A stretch of 64,000 nt of DNA from an uncultured Methanosarcinales archaeon (GCA_964344235.1 CAYFMJ010000002.1:32001-96000), one strand, 5' to 3'; shown: positions 24,498 to 35,058, numbered from the stretch's first letter. Notes: generated by a model not told the origin, from the letters alone. A program made the numbers and translations.

Positions 24498-26312
24498 GTG
24501 GTAGACGACAATTCTCGCGGTTGGGACAAACCAATCAATTTAAAGTACAATCTCAAGACATTTTGGCGATTTATTTCGCAATCAAAGCTATTGGTCTATG
24601 GTACAATCATTCTCTCGTTTATTGGTGAAGCTATTACCTTCTTTGACAATTTCGTATTCAAATACTTAGTAGATAAAGCGACCCTTTTCTCACAGGATAA
24701 AATCACTGCTGCTGTCTTCGCCCAAATTATCTTGTATTCAGTACTTGTGTACTTAGCAGTACGCTTTCTTGGAGCAGTTGTTTGGTTTATCCGGATAAAG
24801 TTGATTAACAGACTTGACGCGCGTACCATGAGCGCCGTGGAACAGGAAGCATTCTGGCATATTACCAATCTTTCGTACAAATTCCACGCAGATAAAAAAA
24901 CAGGATCAATTATCTCTAAATTCACAAGGGGAGTGAACAAGGTAGAATCATTTATTGGGGCGTTTGTGTTTCATGTATTTCCCGTGTTCTTCCGTTTACT
25001 GCTATCAGTGGGTGTGATTTTTTACTTTGATATCATTACTGCATTAATTCTCATTGCTATGACTGTCGTTTTCATTACAGTGGGAGTTATTGTCACAAAT
25101 ATGCAGAAACATCCGCAAGGTATCGCTAACTACAAAGAAGACATCCTGAAACAGAACCTCAGCGATGTATTCATGAATATTGACACTGTAAAGTATTTTG
25201 CAAAGGAAAAACCAACCTTTCGCTTTTTCCGTAAACTCTCAAAGAGCTTGAAAGAAGCACGGCTTACGTTTTGGCACTACTATAGTTGGCATGCCGGTAT
25301 TCAAACGTTTGTCATTGGCGTTGGTGTCGCTGCAATTTTCTACACAACCTTTACTGGTTTCCTGGAAGGACGTATCACGTTAGGAAGCATCACTCTTATC
25401 TACGCAGCCGTCTGGCGGTTAATCCCCCTACTCTTTGGTCTGATTCACGGCTACCGGGAGTTTATTCGAAGTACTGTTGATGTTGATGCACTCTTCGCGA
25501 TGTTCAAAGAACGGAATGAAGTTGAAGACAGACCACGTGCACCCTCACTGAAAGTTAAGGCAGGGAAGATCGACTTCAATCACGTTTCCTTTGCCTACCC
25601 TGCTTCCGAAAAGAAAAATGAGAAAACCGTGCTTAAAGACTTTCACCTTGACATTCAACCGAACACTAAAGTAGCACTTGTTGGTCCTTCTGGCAGCGGT
25701 AAAACGACAGTGGTTAAAGTCCTTTACAGATTGTTTGATATAAACGAAGGGACAATCACCGTTGATGGCCAAGATATCAGTAAAGTCAAACAACACTCTC
25801 TCCGTGAAAGCATGAGCATTGTCCCTCAAGAACCGTTATTATTTGATAACACCATTTACTACAACGTTGCCTACGCCAATCCTACGGCTTCACGACGCGA
25901 TGTTTGGAAAGCAATCCGCTTTGCGCAACTTGACAAATTCATTGAAGAATTGCCATTCAAAGAAAACACTATTGTCGGTGAACGTGGAGTAAAACTTTCC
26001 GGGGGGGAGAAGCAGCGTGTATCCATTGCCCGAGCCATCTTAGCAAATAAAAAAATTCTCGTACTTGATGAAGCGACCTCCGCTCTCGATTCAGAGACAG
26101 AAAAAGAAATTCAAAGAGACTTGGACAAACTAATGCAAGGCCGCACGAGCATTATCATAGCTCATAGACTCTCAACCATTATGAAAGCAGATACTATTGT
26201 TGTGATGGGTAAAGGCCAAATTCTAGAGATTGGCACGCATGAAGAATTGAAAAACAAACGTGGCGGCTTGTACAAGAAATTATGGGAATTACAACAGGGT
26301 GGAAGATTATAA
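24498..26312 (+). CDS. ABC exporter, fused permease/ATPase (ABCB, MsbA/Atm1-like)
   Basis: TM domain, GPSGSGKT, VPQE, LSGGEKQR, LVLDEATSALD, IAHRLST. Confidence 0.93.
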   Translation: MVDDNSRGWDKPINLKYNLKTFWRFISQSKLLVYGTIILSFIGEAITFFDNFVFKYLVDKATLFSQDKITAAVFAQIILYSVLVYLAVRFLGAVVWFIRIKLINRLDARTMSAVEQEAFWHITNLSYKFHADKKTGSIISKFTRGVNKVESFIGAFVFHVFPVFFRLLLSVGVIFYFDIITALILIAMTVVFITVGVIVTNMQKHPQGIANYKEDILKQNLSDVFMNIDTVKYFAKEKPTFRFFRKLSKSLKEARLTFWHYYSWHAGIQTFVIGVGVAAIFYTTFTGFLEGRITLGSITLIYAAVWRLIPLLFGLIHGYREFIRSTVDVDALFAMFKERNEVEDRPRAPSLKVKAGKIDFNHVSFAYPASEKKNEKTVLKDFHLDIQPNTKVALVGPSGSGKTTVVKVLYRLFDINEGTITVDGQDISKVKQHSLRESMSIVPQEPLLFDNTIYYNVAYANPTASRRDVWKAIRFAQLDKFIEELPFKENTIVGERGVKLSGGEKQRVSIARAILANKKILVLDEATSALDSETEKEIQRDLDKLMQGRTSIIIAHRLSTIMKADTIVVMGKGQILEIGTHEELKNKRGGLYKKLWELQQGGRL

Positions 26313-26720
26313 TCATAACAGAAACACAATAACAGCAACCACAAAACCAACCGCCGCTCCCACCACTACTTGTAACGGCGTATGGCCAAGAGAATAATGA
26401 AATTTCGATTTAATTTTATGTTCTCGAAATAACTTCTCAATTGCTTTCCCTTCATTCCCCACACTTCTCCGTACACCAAAGGCATCTCGAATAACAATAA
26501 ATGCCAACACTAAACTAATTGCAAATGCCGTGGAAGCCCCTTCCATCAAAAAGATAATCGTAGCTAATGATACCACAAACGCTGAATGAGAACTCGGCAT
26601 CCCTCCCGTCACAATCAAATCATTCCAATTCAACGTTTTATGCCGAAACCATAACGCAATTAACTTCACCAATTGTGCACCAAACCCTGCAAACAATACA
26701 GCTAAAATAATTTTATTCAT
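26313..26720 (-). CDS. Divergent PAP2 family protein (DUF212)
   Basis: TGGMPSSHSA, VIRDAFGVRR, LGHTPLQV. Confidence 0.9.
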   Translation of the reverse strand: MNKIILAVLFAGFGAQLVKLIALWFRHKTLNWNDLIVTGGMPSSHSAFVVSLATIIFLMEGASTAFAISLVLAFIVIRDAFGVRRSVGNEGKAIEKLFREHKIKSKFHYSLGHTPLQVVVGAAVGFVVAVIVFLL

Positions 26721-26799
26721 ATTATTACCTTTTTTTTAGGCTATATATATTTTACTTCCATTCACAAATTTTTTTAATGAAACCCCTAATTTACTCCAT

Positions 26800-27495
26800 A
26801 TGAACTCAGTTTCCCACATTGGCATTATTCTTGATGGTAATCGTAGATTTGCTAAAAAGCTCATGAAACAACCCTGGAAAGGTCATGAGTGGGGCGCACA
26901 GAAAGTTGAAAAACTCTTTGATTGGTGTACCGAACTTGGGGTTAAAGAACTTACCCTCTACGCTTTCTCTATGCAAAATTTCAACAGACCAAAACAAGAA
27001 TTTGATTATTTGATGCAACTCTTTCAGAAATTCTTCACTAAATTAGAAAATGACGGCCGGTTAGAAAAGCAAAATATCCGTGTTAATTTCATTGGGCGTA
27101 TCCACCTCTTCCCACAAGAACTCTACCAAAAAATGCTTTCTGTTATGAAAAAAACAAAGGATAACAAAACATACACTGTTAATTTTGCTCTAGCATATGG
27201 TGGCCAGGAAGAGATTGTTGACGCTGTAAAGCAAATTGGGAGAGACTTAGAAGCAGGCAAAATAACTGCAGATACCATCAATAAAGAAATAATTGAAAAA
27301 AATCTTTACATCTCAAGCCAGCCGGATCTTATTATTCGAACAGGAGGAGAACAAAGAACCTCTAACTTCCTCGTCTGGCAATCCTGGTACTCAGAATGGT
27401 TCTTTTTGGAGAAAACCTGGCCGGAATTTGAGAGAGAAGACCTGGTTACAATCATAACTCAATTTAAGGGTAGGGAACGCCGTTTTGGGAAATAA
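26800..27495 (+). CDS. uppS: cis-polyprenyl (undecaprenyl/dolichyl) diphosphate synthase
   Basis: HIGIILDGNRR, TLYAFSMQNFNR, AYGGQEEI, DLIIRTGGEQRTSNFLVWQ. Confidence 0.96.
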   Translation: MNSVSHIGIILDGNRRFAKKLMKQPWKGHEWGAQKVEKLFDWCTELGVKELTLYAFSMQNFNRPKQEFDYLMQLFQKFFTKLENDGRLEKQNIRVNFIGRIHLFPQELYQKMLSVMKKTKDNKTYTVNFALAYGGQEEIVDAVKQIGRDLEAGKITADTINKEIIEKNLYISSQPDLIIRTGGEQRTSNFLVWQSWYSEWFFLEKTWPEFEREDLVTIITQFKGRERRFGK

Positions 27496-27544
27496 CCCTC
27501 TTATCACAATAATTATTATAAATTCCCCAACCCCCTAATATTCT

Positions 27545-29368
27545 ATGGCCAGTATTAACATTCTATCAGAAGACCTCATCAATAAAATCGCTGCCGGAGA
27601 AGTTATTGAAAGACCTGCATCTGTGGTGAAAGAGCTAATAGAAAATTCACTGGATGCAAACGCTACCACCATCACCATCGACATCAAAGATTCCGGTAAA
27701 AAATTAATCAAAATCACCGATAACGGGTCTGGTATGGATAAAGACGATGCGAAAAAGTCAATCATCCGCCACGCCACCAGCAAACTTAACACCACAGATG
27801 ATCTATTCGCGATTCAAACACTTGGTTTTCGAGGTGAAGCATTAGCGAGCATTGCTGCTGTTTCTTTACTTTCATTAACAACAAAACAACAAGATACATT
27901 AGAAGGCTTCTCCCTCGTCATTGAGGGGGGCAATATAGTTAATGAAACCATTGCCGCTGCTGATCCGGGAACAACAATTGAAGTGCATAATTTATTCTTC
28001 AACACTCCCGCAAGAAAAAAATTTCTCAAAACGGACGGGGTTGAATTACGTCACATTATCGACGTTGTAACCAATTACGCCTTACTCCATCCGGGCGTTT
28101 CATTCCGCTTAAACCATGAAGGCAGAGAATTACTTTCCTCGCCAGCAGTGCAGGACCAACGCAGTAACATTTCTGCTATTTACGGTACTTCCACTGCTAA
28201 AGACTTATTGGAAGTTGCGTATAAAGATGATCTTTGTACTCTTACTGGCTTTATCTCAAAACCAATTAACTGTCGGAATGACAAAACACAGCAAATTTTC
28301 TTTGTTAATAATCGTTGGGTGAAAAATAGTGGTCTAAGCAATGCTGTCTACGATGGTTTCCATTCAATGTTATTTGTCAATAAACATCCAATCTTTGTAC
28401 TTCATCTCACGCTCGATCCGGAAAAAGTTGACGTGAACGTCCATCCGCAAAAATCTGAAATTAAAATCGATCAAAAGGAACAGATTGCAGCAGCTGTTAC
28501 GGCTGCAGTCAAAGAAACACTGCGAGCAAACAATCTCATTCCAGTTGTGGATGTTGAGTTTGAACAACAAGCAACACTTGCTCCACCCACTCCTAAACCG
28601 AAAGTGGAGAAACCAGGCGTAAAATATAACTTTGAACCATCGGAACAAACAATCTTACAAGAACCTTCTTTAGTTACGTCACATGAGCAACTTCATTCCA
28701 TTATCTCAGAAACTGTAGAGGCCGAGCAGTCTGCAGAGCCAGAACTCGCGCCCTTAGAAGAAGATGTCAAAGCACAACTTAGTGAAACTGAAAAATTCCC
28801 ACCACTCAAATTATTTGGTCAAATTCATAAAACATTTTTTGTAGCGGAAACACCAGGTGGCGTGTTCTTCATTGATCAACACGCTGCGCATGAAAGAGTG
28901 TTGTACGAACGGTTCATGAAACAATACGCTGACAAAGCAGTGGAAGTACAGACATTATTGCAAGGGGAAGTAGTCGAATTCACTGCTGCTGAGGTAGCGT
29001 TGTTAAATGAACACCATGCGGCATTGGAACAATTTGGTTTTGTGATTGACCATTTTGGGGAGAATTCCTTTGCTATTAAATCCGTGCCACTTATTTTTAA
29101 CAGATTACAACCAAAAGAGCAAGTCAAAGAATTTCTCCATAGCCTTTCTAATGGAAAAAACACTCTACAAAAACTGCATGAAACGATTGTAACCAGAATG
29201 GCCTGCCGTTCTGCCTACATGGCCGGTGATGACCTCACAACGCAACAAGTGCAGGGAATTCTCAAGGACTTATCTAATTGCGAACATCCTTATACCTGTC
29301 CCCATGGCCGTCCCACGATGATTAAGACAGGTGTGTTTGAGCTAGAGAAGAAGTTTAAGCGGTGCTAA
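27545..29368 (+). CDS. mutL: DNA mismatch repair endonuclease MutL
   Basis: IAAGEVIERPASVVKELIENSLDA, LGFRGEAL, DVNVHPQK, IDQHAAHERVLYE, ACR, CPHGRP. Confidence 0.97.
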   Translation: MASINILSEDLINKIAAGEVIERPASVVKELIENSLDANATTITIDIKDSGKKLIKITDNGSGMDKDDAKKSIIRHATSKLNTTDDLFAIQTLGFRGEALASIAAVSLLSLTTKQQDTLEGFSLVIEGGNIVNETIAAADPGTTIEVHNLFFNTPARKKFLKTDGVELRHIIDVVTNYALLHPGVSFRLNHEGRELLSSPAVQDQRSNISAIYGTSTAKDLLEVAYKDDLCTLTGFISKPINCRNDKTQQIFFVNNRWVKNSGLSNAVYDGFHSMLFVNKHPIFVLHLTLDPEKVDVNVHPQKSEIKIDQKEQIAAAVTAAVKETLRANNLIPVVDVEFEQQATLAPPTPKPKVEKPGVKYNFEPSEQTILQEPSLVTSHEQLHSIISETVEAEQSAEPELAPLEEDVKAQLSETEKFPPLKLFGQIHKTFFVAETPGGVFFIDQHAAHERVLYERFMKQYADKAVEVQTLLQGEVVEFTAAEVALLNEHHAALEQFGFVIDHFGENSFAIKSVPLIFNRLQPKEQVKEFLHSLSNGKNTLQKLHETIVTRMACRSAYMAGDDLTTQQVQGILKDLSNCEHPYTCPHGRPTMIKTGVFELEKKFKRC

Positions 29369-29440
29369 CCTTCTTCCAAAAAACTTATAAATAACTCTCT
29401 CTTTTCCCTACCTGATAGATATGAGTTCTCGAGGTTTACA

Positions 29441-30073
29441 ATGAATGAACAGTTAAAAACAGGAACAACAACAGTTGGCATTGTCTGCAAAGATGGTGTT
29501 GTCTTAGCGGCTGACACTCGTGCAACAGCAGGCACAATGATCGTGGATAAAAGAGCAGAAAAAGTCCACGAAATCACGGATGATTTTGCGTTAACAATCG
29601 CCGGGGGCGTTTCAGATGCTCAATTATTAATCAAATTAATTCGTGCGGAATTAAAATTGAAAGAAGTTCGCACAACCAAGAAACCAACAGCGAAAGAAGC
29701 TGCAAATCTTTTAGGTGGCTTATTATATTCAAACATCAGAAGACCAAGTATGCTTCCAGGCGTAGTTCACTTCCTCTTAGCAGGAAAAGATGTTCATGGT
29801 AAACATTTATACGATCTCTTCCCAGATGGAAGTATCACTAAAGTTCCGAAGTTTATTTCCTCTGGTTCTGGTAGTGTCTTTGCATACGGTGTCTTAGAAA
29901 CACACTACAATCCGGGCATGTCAACAGAAGAAGGCGTAAAACTAGCACAAAAAGCAATTGATACCGCAATGCAACGTGATAGTGCTTCCGGAAATGGAAT
30001 TGACATCGTAATCGTCACGAATGAGGGTATCAAAAGGGTAATGCACAAAGAAGTAACAATGACACTCTATTAA
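29441..30073 (+). CDS. psmB: Proteasome beta subunit
   Basis: Propeptide then TGTTTVG, SGSGS, RDSASG. Confidence 0.96.
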   Translation: MNEQLKTGTTTVGIVCKDGVVLAADTRATAGTMIVDKRAEKVHEITDDFALTIAGGVSDAQLLIKLIRAELKLKEVRTTKKPTAKEAANLLGGLLYSNIRRPSMLPGVVHFLLAGKDVHGKHLYDLFPDGSITKVPKFISSGSGSVFAYGVLETHYNPGMSTEEGVKLAQKAIDTAMQRDSASGNGIDIVIVTNEGIKRVMHKEVTMTLY

Positions 30074-30107
30074 TTTTTTTAACATTTAATTATTCACAAT
30101 TTTAAAA

Positions 30108-31985
30108 ATGGCAGATATCTTAAAAGAAATAATAAAAGTACTTCCTGCAAACAAAATTTCTGACGCAACATTTGAAGCAGCAAATATTGTGCTCTATACT
30201 AAAGATAGAGATTACTTCATCGATAATAAAGGAACGATCATTAAAGCAGTGAAGGAATTCAAAAAACGGATTGAACTCCGTCCAGACCCTTCTCTCTGTA
30301 TTGATCAGGAAGAAACGAAACGCCTCATTAAAGAGATGGTGCCGGAAGAAGCAGGGGTCCAAGAATTTATTTTTGACCCTCCTCGTTCCCAGGTCATCAT
30401 TCATGCAGATAAACCGGGCTTGGTAATTGGCAAACAAGGGGAGCAGCTACGAAAAATTAGTGCAAAAACCTGTTGGGTTCCTTTAGTAAAACGTGTACCG
30501 CCAATCCGTTCAAAATTAATTGAAAGTATCCGCTCCGTTCTCTACGAACACGCAGAAGAACGGAAAAAATTCTTAGATAAAACCGGTCATCGGATTTACG
30601 ATGGTTGGATTCGTCAGAAAAAACATGAATGGGTGCGGTTATCCTGTTTAGGGGCATCCCGGCAAGTTGGCCGAACCTGCTTCTTACTCCAGACACCTGA
30701 GTCTCGTGTCCTCATTGATTGCGGGATCGACCCTGGGCAAGACGGCACGGAAACATACCCTTATCTTGATGCTCCGGAATTTAACGTAACAGAGATTGAT
30801 GCAGTTGTTATTACACATTCTCATCTTGATCATTGCGGTCTTGTTCCCTACCTCTTCAAATTTGGCTATACTGGACCAGTTTACTGTACCTATCCTACAA
30901 GAGACGTCATGTCTTTACTGCAACTAGATATGATCAAAATTCAAAGAAATCAGGGAAAGGAACCCATTTATACCAGTGAGGAAGTCAAGAAAACCGTTCT
31001 TCACACTGTTTGCCTAAATTACGATGAAGTCGCCGACATCACTCCTGACATCCGGTTGACGTTCTACAACGCCGGCCATATTCTTGGTAGTGCCATTGTT
31101 CACTTTAACATCGGCAACGGCCTACACAACTTTGCCTATACGGGGGATCTAAAATATGGAAGAACAAATGTCCTAGAAGCAGCAAACACACAGTTTCCTC
31201 GTATTGAAACATTAATGATGGAATCAACATATGGGGGAAAGGATTGCGTTATGCAAGAAGAATCCGCTGATGAGTACATGGTCCGCGTCATTAAACAAAC
31301 ATTTGAACGTGGCGGTAAGGTACTAATTCCTGTTCTTGGTTCAGGTAGAGCACAGGAAGTAATGATTATCGTTGAGAGATTAATGCGTGAAGGTAAAATC
31401 CCTTCAGCAAAAGTCTACGTTGATGGAATGCTATGGGATATCTCTGCAATTCATACGGCATATCCCGAGTATCTTAACAGAAATTTACGGCAACAAATAT
31501 TCCACAAAGAGAATAACCCCTTTTTATCATCGATTTTCAAACAAGTTGGTTCTCGCAAAGAACGCCAGCAAGTTATTGAGGAAGAGGGGCCAAGTTTAAT
31601 TCTTGCAACATCTGGAATGCTTACAGGGGGCCCATCTGTTGAGTATCTTAAACACTTGGCAGAGGGCAAGAAAAATTCCATTATCTTTAGTTGTTATCAA
31701 CCTCGTGGCAGTCTTGGACAAAGAATTAGAGATGGTGAGAAAGACATTATGATGGAAGGGAAAATGGTCACTATGAATCTTGACGTTCATAAAGTTGAAA
31801 TCACAAACCATTCTGATAGACGCCAGTTAATGAATTATGTTAAACGATGTAACCCACAACCCCGTAAAGTGTTAGTTGTTCATGGTGAAGCCTCAAGATG
31901 TTTAGACTTAGCATCTTCTTTACATAAAGCCTATCGGATTGAAACGAGTGCACCGAAGAATTTGGAAGTTATTCGATTGAAATAG
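30108..31985 (+). CDS. beta-CASP ribonuclease aCPSF1 (KH-KH-MBL)
   Basis: KH domains, HSHLDHCG, AGHILGS, MESTYG, GRAQE, HSDRRQL, HGE; follows psmB as usual. Confidence 0.95.
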   Translation: MADILKEIIKVLPANKISDATFEAANIVLYTKDRDYFIDNKGTIIKAVKEFKKRIELRPDPSLCIDQEETKRLIKEMVPEEAGVQEFIFDPPRSQVIIHADKPGLVIGKQGEQLRKISAKTCWVPLVKRVPPIRSKLIESIRSVLYEHAEERKKFLDKTGHRIYDGWIRQKKHEWVRLSCLGASRQVGRTCFLLQTPESRVLIDCGIDPGQDGTETYPYLDAPEFNVTEIDAVVITHSHLDHCGLVPYLFKFGYTGPVYCTYPTRDVMSLLQLDMIKIQRNQGKEPIYTSEEVKKTVLHTVCLNYDEVADITPDIRLTFYNAGHILGSAIVHFNIGNGLHNFAYTGDLKYGRTNVLEAANTQFPRIETLMMESTYGGKDCVMQEESADEYMVRVIKQTFERGGKVLIPVLGSGRAQEVMIIVERLMREGKIPSAKVYVDGMLWDISAIHTAYPEYLNRNLRQQIFHKENNPFLSSIFKQVGSRKERQQVIEEEGPSLILATSGMLTGGPSVEYLKHLAEGKKNSIIFSCYQPRGSLGQRIRDGEKDIMMEGKMVTMNLDVHKVEITNHSDRRQLMNYVKRCNPQPRKVLVVHGEASRCLDLASSLHKAYRIETSAPKNLEVIRLK

Positions 31986-31987
31986 AA

Positions 31988-32344
31988 TTACAAATTATAA
32001 ATCGTATACGTTCCACTAATTACTCTGGCACAGTCGTCCTCAGAATTTTCTTCGTTAACCAACAAACTATCAACGGTTGTTCCTTTCATTAATGTAAACC
32101 GATCCCTATCATAGCATATCTTCTGGTCATACCCCTGAACACGAACCCAGGGGACTTCGCAAAATGGAAAAGGGAGCCCATCAAAATTATCCGATTGCTT
32201 CATGCAGCCTTCTGTAGTTATACTCACATCTTCAAGCTCCATGTAGTGCTGAGTCCTCCAATGATACGATCCTAAAGCCGCAGAACCAAGAATAGCCATA
32301 GCAATTGCAGACCCGAGTAAAACTTTCCTGATGGTATAAATCAT
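31988..32344 (-). CDS. Hypothetical membrane-anchored protein (orphan)
   Basis: N-terminal hydrophobic helix, four Cys, TATA box upstream. Confidence 0.65.
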   Translation of the reverse strand: MIYTIRKVLLGSAIAMAILGSAALGSYHWRTQHYMELEDVSITTEGCMKQSDNFDGLPFPFCEVPWVRVQGYDQKICYDRDRFTLMKGTTVDSLLVNEENSEDDCARVISGTYTIYNL

Positions 32345-32459
32345 GGGCCCATCATTTCACTTTTTTATATAAAACTTAGTGACGAAGTGTGCTATATTGA
32401 TTTGGGTGGTTGTATTTACCTAAAATTTTATAAACAGCTTTCTTACTTGTAAAACTTAT

Positions 32460-32590
32460 GCCACTGTCGCATAATCTGGTACTGTGCGTGAGCACCGGTT
32501 TACGCATGGCGGAAAATTGCGCTGGTCTTGAAGCAACTGCATGAGAACCAGTTCCTTCGGGAATTGCCGGTTCAAATCCGGCCGGTGGCG
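32460..32590 (+). tRNA. tRNA-Ser(TGA) with two introns (D-loop 32481-32515; 37/38 position 32533-32545)
   Basis: Acceptor GCCACTG/CGGTGGC+G, T arm GCCGG-TTCAAAT-CCGGC, anticodon stem CTGGT/ACCAG, variable arm TTCC-TTCG-GGAA; BHB motifs at both introns. Confidence 0.88.
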
Positions 32591-32915
32591 CTTCAAATCT
32601 TTAAGTCTCTCAGGAGAGATGTAAGAGCTAACCATAAACTAAGATTAGTTCAGTCCATTAAGTATTTTTTCATTTTTAATTACTCGTTCACCAGTTTGAC
32701 AAAAAATGTCGGAAATCTATCGAACTAAAAAATTCAGCAATTTTCTACTGTTTGGATGTTCCCACTAAATAATAAACTATATTTGAAGGATCATTTATCC
32801 CTCGAAAACAAGATCCGATAAAAATCTCCAATTTTGATTTACTCAGCTAAGCTAGTGTTAGTTCAACTACCATTTTTTCGCACATTTTAAAAACAAATAT
32901 TCTTTTCTAGATGGT

Positions 32916-33323
32916 ATGAATCATAACAAATTTATGCAAACCGCTATTGATGACGCTAGAAAATATAAGCACCATTTTGGCGCGGTTATTGTGAAGAATA
33001 ACAAAATAATCGCATCAGGTAATGATAGGCCCCCTGGGGATCCTCGTTTCCATGCCGAAACAACTGCAATCTTAGCAACAAAAAAGAGGTCGTTGGAGGG
33101 CTGTATTTTATACTCAACCAGTGAACCTTGTCCTATGTGTTTTTACATGGCATGGATTACGGGAATTAAAAACATTGTTTACGGTTCAACGATTAAAGAT
33201 GCTGCTAAAGCCGGTCATCCTCAGATTATTACTACCAATAAATATCTTAACAAAAAATCAGGCAAAAAAATTAAACTCACACAAATTATGAGAAAAGAGT
33301 GCAAAGAATTGCTTAATGAATAA
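32916..33323 (+). CDS. Nucleoside/nucleotide deaminase (TadA/guanine deaminase-like)
   Basis: FGAVIV, HAE, EPCPMC zinc motifs. Confidence 0.9.
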   Translation: MNHNKFMQTAIDDARKYKHHFGAVIVKNNKIIASGNDRPPGDPRFHAETTAILATKKRSLEGCILYSTSEPCPMCFYMAWITGIKNIVYGSTIKDAAKAGHPQIITTNKYLNKKSGKKIKLTQIMRKECKELLNE

Positions 33324-34263
33324 TCTGCTCAACTTCGATTCTAAATTCCTTTAAAGTTAAGTCACCTAATCTCTTATGAATCTCTGCTCGTATTTGTTTA
33401 AACTGCTGATCATTTTCTGTTTGAAAAGCATAGTAAAGGTTTACCCATCCTACTGCTTTGATAATAATGACAAAATGTGGATTCGCCCTCGCCCACCTGA
33501 TAAATGTCTCTATTTTCTTCTCAGAATCCTTTACTGCTAGATTTAATCTAGTAATGAAAGTCCATTCACGTACTCCAACTTGTTGAAAATCAATTAATGG
33601 GTAAAAACGAAGTATGACGTTCTTATCTTGCAATTTCTTTATTTTACGTTTAACGGTGTCAGTATGAACGTTTAACTTCTGCGCTAGCTCCAATAATGGA
33701 ATCCTTGCATCTTTGTGAAGAATCTTCAATAATTTGTTTTCAATAGGATCTAACTTAATATCCTTAACCTCTTCCTTTACATCACATTTCGCAATTTTTG
33801 TAGGATTTAACAAACGCGATAAATATGTATAACTACGCACACTCTGAAAACTCACATAGTTAATAACGGTTGAACCAAATATGCTTAATACTTTTGATTG
33901 TATGTTGTCATACTCTCCAATGGTACGTGTCCACACACTTATGTATGGCTTCCATCTACTTACCTCATGGAGAAAATAGCAACAACTAACATCTTTAATT
34001 TTCAATACTTTTTTCACGAGTTCCTTTTCTTTTTGTTGGTCGTGAATTTTTAAGTCTAAATATAACGAATGTCTACTCATTCCTAAATTTTGGTAGTTAA
34101 TTATAGTAGAAAATCTTTGAATCGCTTTACTATCGAGCATTTTTTGCACTCTATTTGTAACTGTTTTCTCTGGTATTTTCAATTCACGAGAAATTTTAGA
34201 GAATGATTGCCGTGCATCCTGGAACAATTCAAATAGGATATGCTTGTCTTTTTCATCAATCAT
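33313..34263 (-). CDS. Tandem Lrp/AsnC family regulator
   Basis: Two repeats: DARQSFSKISREL...VTNRVQKM and DARIPLLELAQKL...VKRKIKKL, each followed by a RAM domain. Confidence 0.88.
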   Translation of the reverse strand: MIDEKDKHILFELFQDARQSFSKISRELKIPEKTVTNRVQKMLDSKAIQRFSTIINYQNLGMSRHSLYLDLKIHDQQKEKELVKKVLKIKDVSCCYFLHEVSRWKPYISVWTRTIGEYDNIQSKVLSIFGSTVINYVSFQSVRSYTYLSRLLNPTKIAKCDVKEEVKDIKLDPIENKLLKILHKDARIPLLELAQKLNVHTDTVKRKIKKLQDKNVILRFYPLIDFQQVGVREWTFITRLNLAVKDSEKKIETFIRWARANPHFVIIIKAVGWVNLYYAFQTENDQQFKQIRAEIHKRLGDLTLKEFRIEVEQIIH

Positions 34264-34368
34264 CTTTCTAGTAGAATGCAGGTTCTTTTAAAATTTGCGT
34301 GTTTTCCGCCATTTTTTAGTAGAAATAGATAAAAGACACCTAACATATAGAAAGATGAGGAATGTGGG

Positions 34369-34554
34369 GTGGTGGATGTTATGAGGGTGGAAGTTTTGTG
34401 TTGGAAAAGAATAATTCAAAGTAAGAGGGGGATTCCTTACATTTATCTCTCCCAAAACTTATCTCCAGAAAGCGGATTCTATAAAGGAAGAGAAGTTGAT
34501 TGTAAAATAGTTGTGGAAAAAGGAAAAGTGCGTTTAATTATTGACCTTATTTGA
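34369..34554 (+). CDS. Small protein, possibly AbrB-like
   Basis: IPYIYLSQNL...GFYKGREVDCKIV; GATGAGG upstream. Confidence 0.45.
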   Translation: MVDVMRVEVLCWKRIIQSKRGIPYIYLSQNLSPESGFYKGREVDCKIVVEKGKVRLIIDLI

Positions 34555-34674
34555 GATCTCTTTTTGACTGAAATTAAGCTTATTTTGGAATGTTTTGTGA
34601 CGTTTCGTACCCCCTACAGCACCCCTCACAGGGCTTAGGTTACAAATAAATAATATCTTAACTCTATCTCTCTC

Positions 34675-34881
34675 ATGCCAAAAAATGTTAAAGTGCAGTT
34701 TCGTGTAACAAAGAACCAACATCAACGATTACATAATAATGCTCAAGCAAAAGGTTTTCAGTCAGCTTCATCATACTTGCGTTCTTTGGCTCTTGGAAAT
34801 GATCTTTTTACAGAAAAAACAATACGGGAAACAAATGATAATGTTAGAAAAATCTTACAAATTCTTCAAGAAAAGCTCTAG
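34675..34881 (+). CDS. Ribbon-helix-helix protein (MobC/CopG-like)
   Basis: VKVQFRVTKNQHQRLHNNAQAKGFQSASSYLRSLAL. Confidence 0.72.
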   Translation: MPKNVKVQFRVTKNQHQRLHNNAQAKGFQSASSYLRSLALGNDLFTEKTIRETNDNVRKILQILQEKL

Positions 34882-35058
34882 GGCGAATAAATTCATAGGT
34901 GGTGTGCCGGGGGTGCATCTTACCGTCGAAAAATATATAAATAACTATTGCTTTTATACATAAATAACAGACACTAAGGGGTTAAAGAAATAATCGTCTT
35001 AGGTGTTTTGTAATATCGGGTAAATCTTTATCTGATATGGCATTGTCAAGCTCTCAAA

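Noticed and set aside
32600-32880. Possible decayed gene on the minus strand downstream of tRNA-Ser
   Set aside because: All frames have multiple stops and the fragments resemble no family I recognise, so it cannot be supported as a pseudogene.
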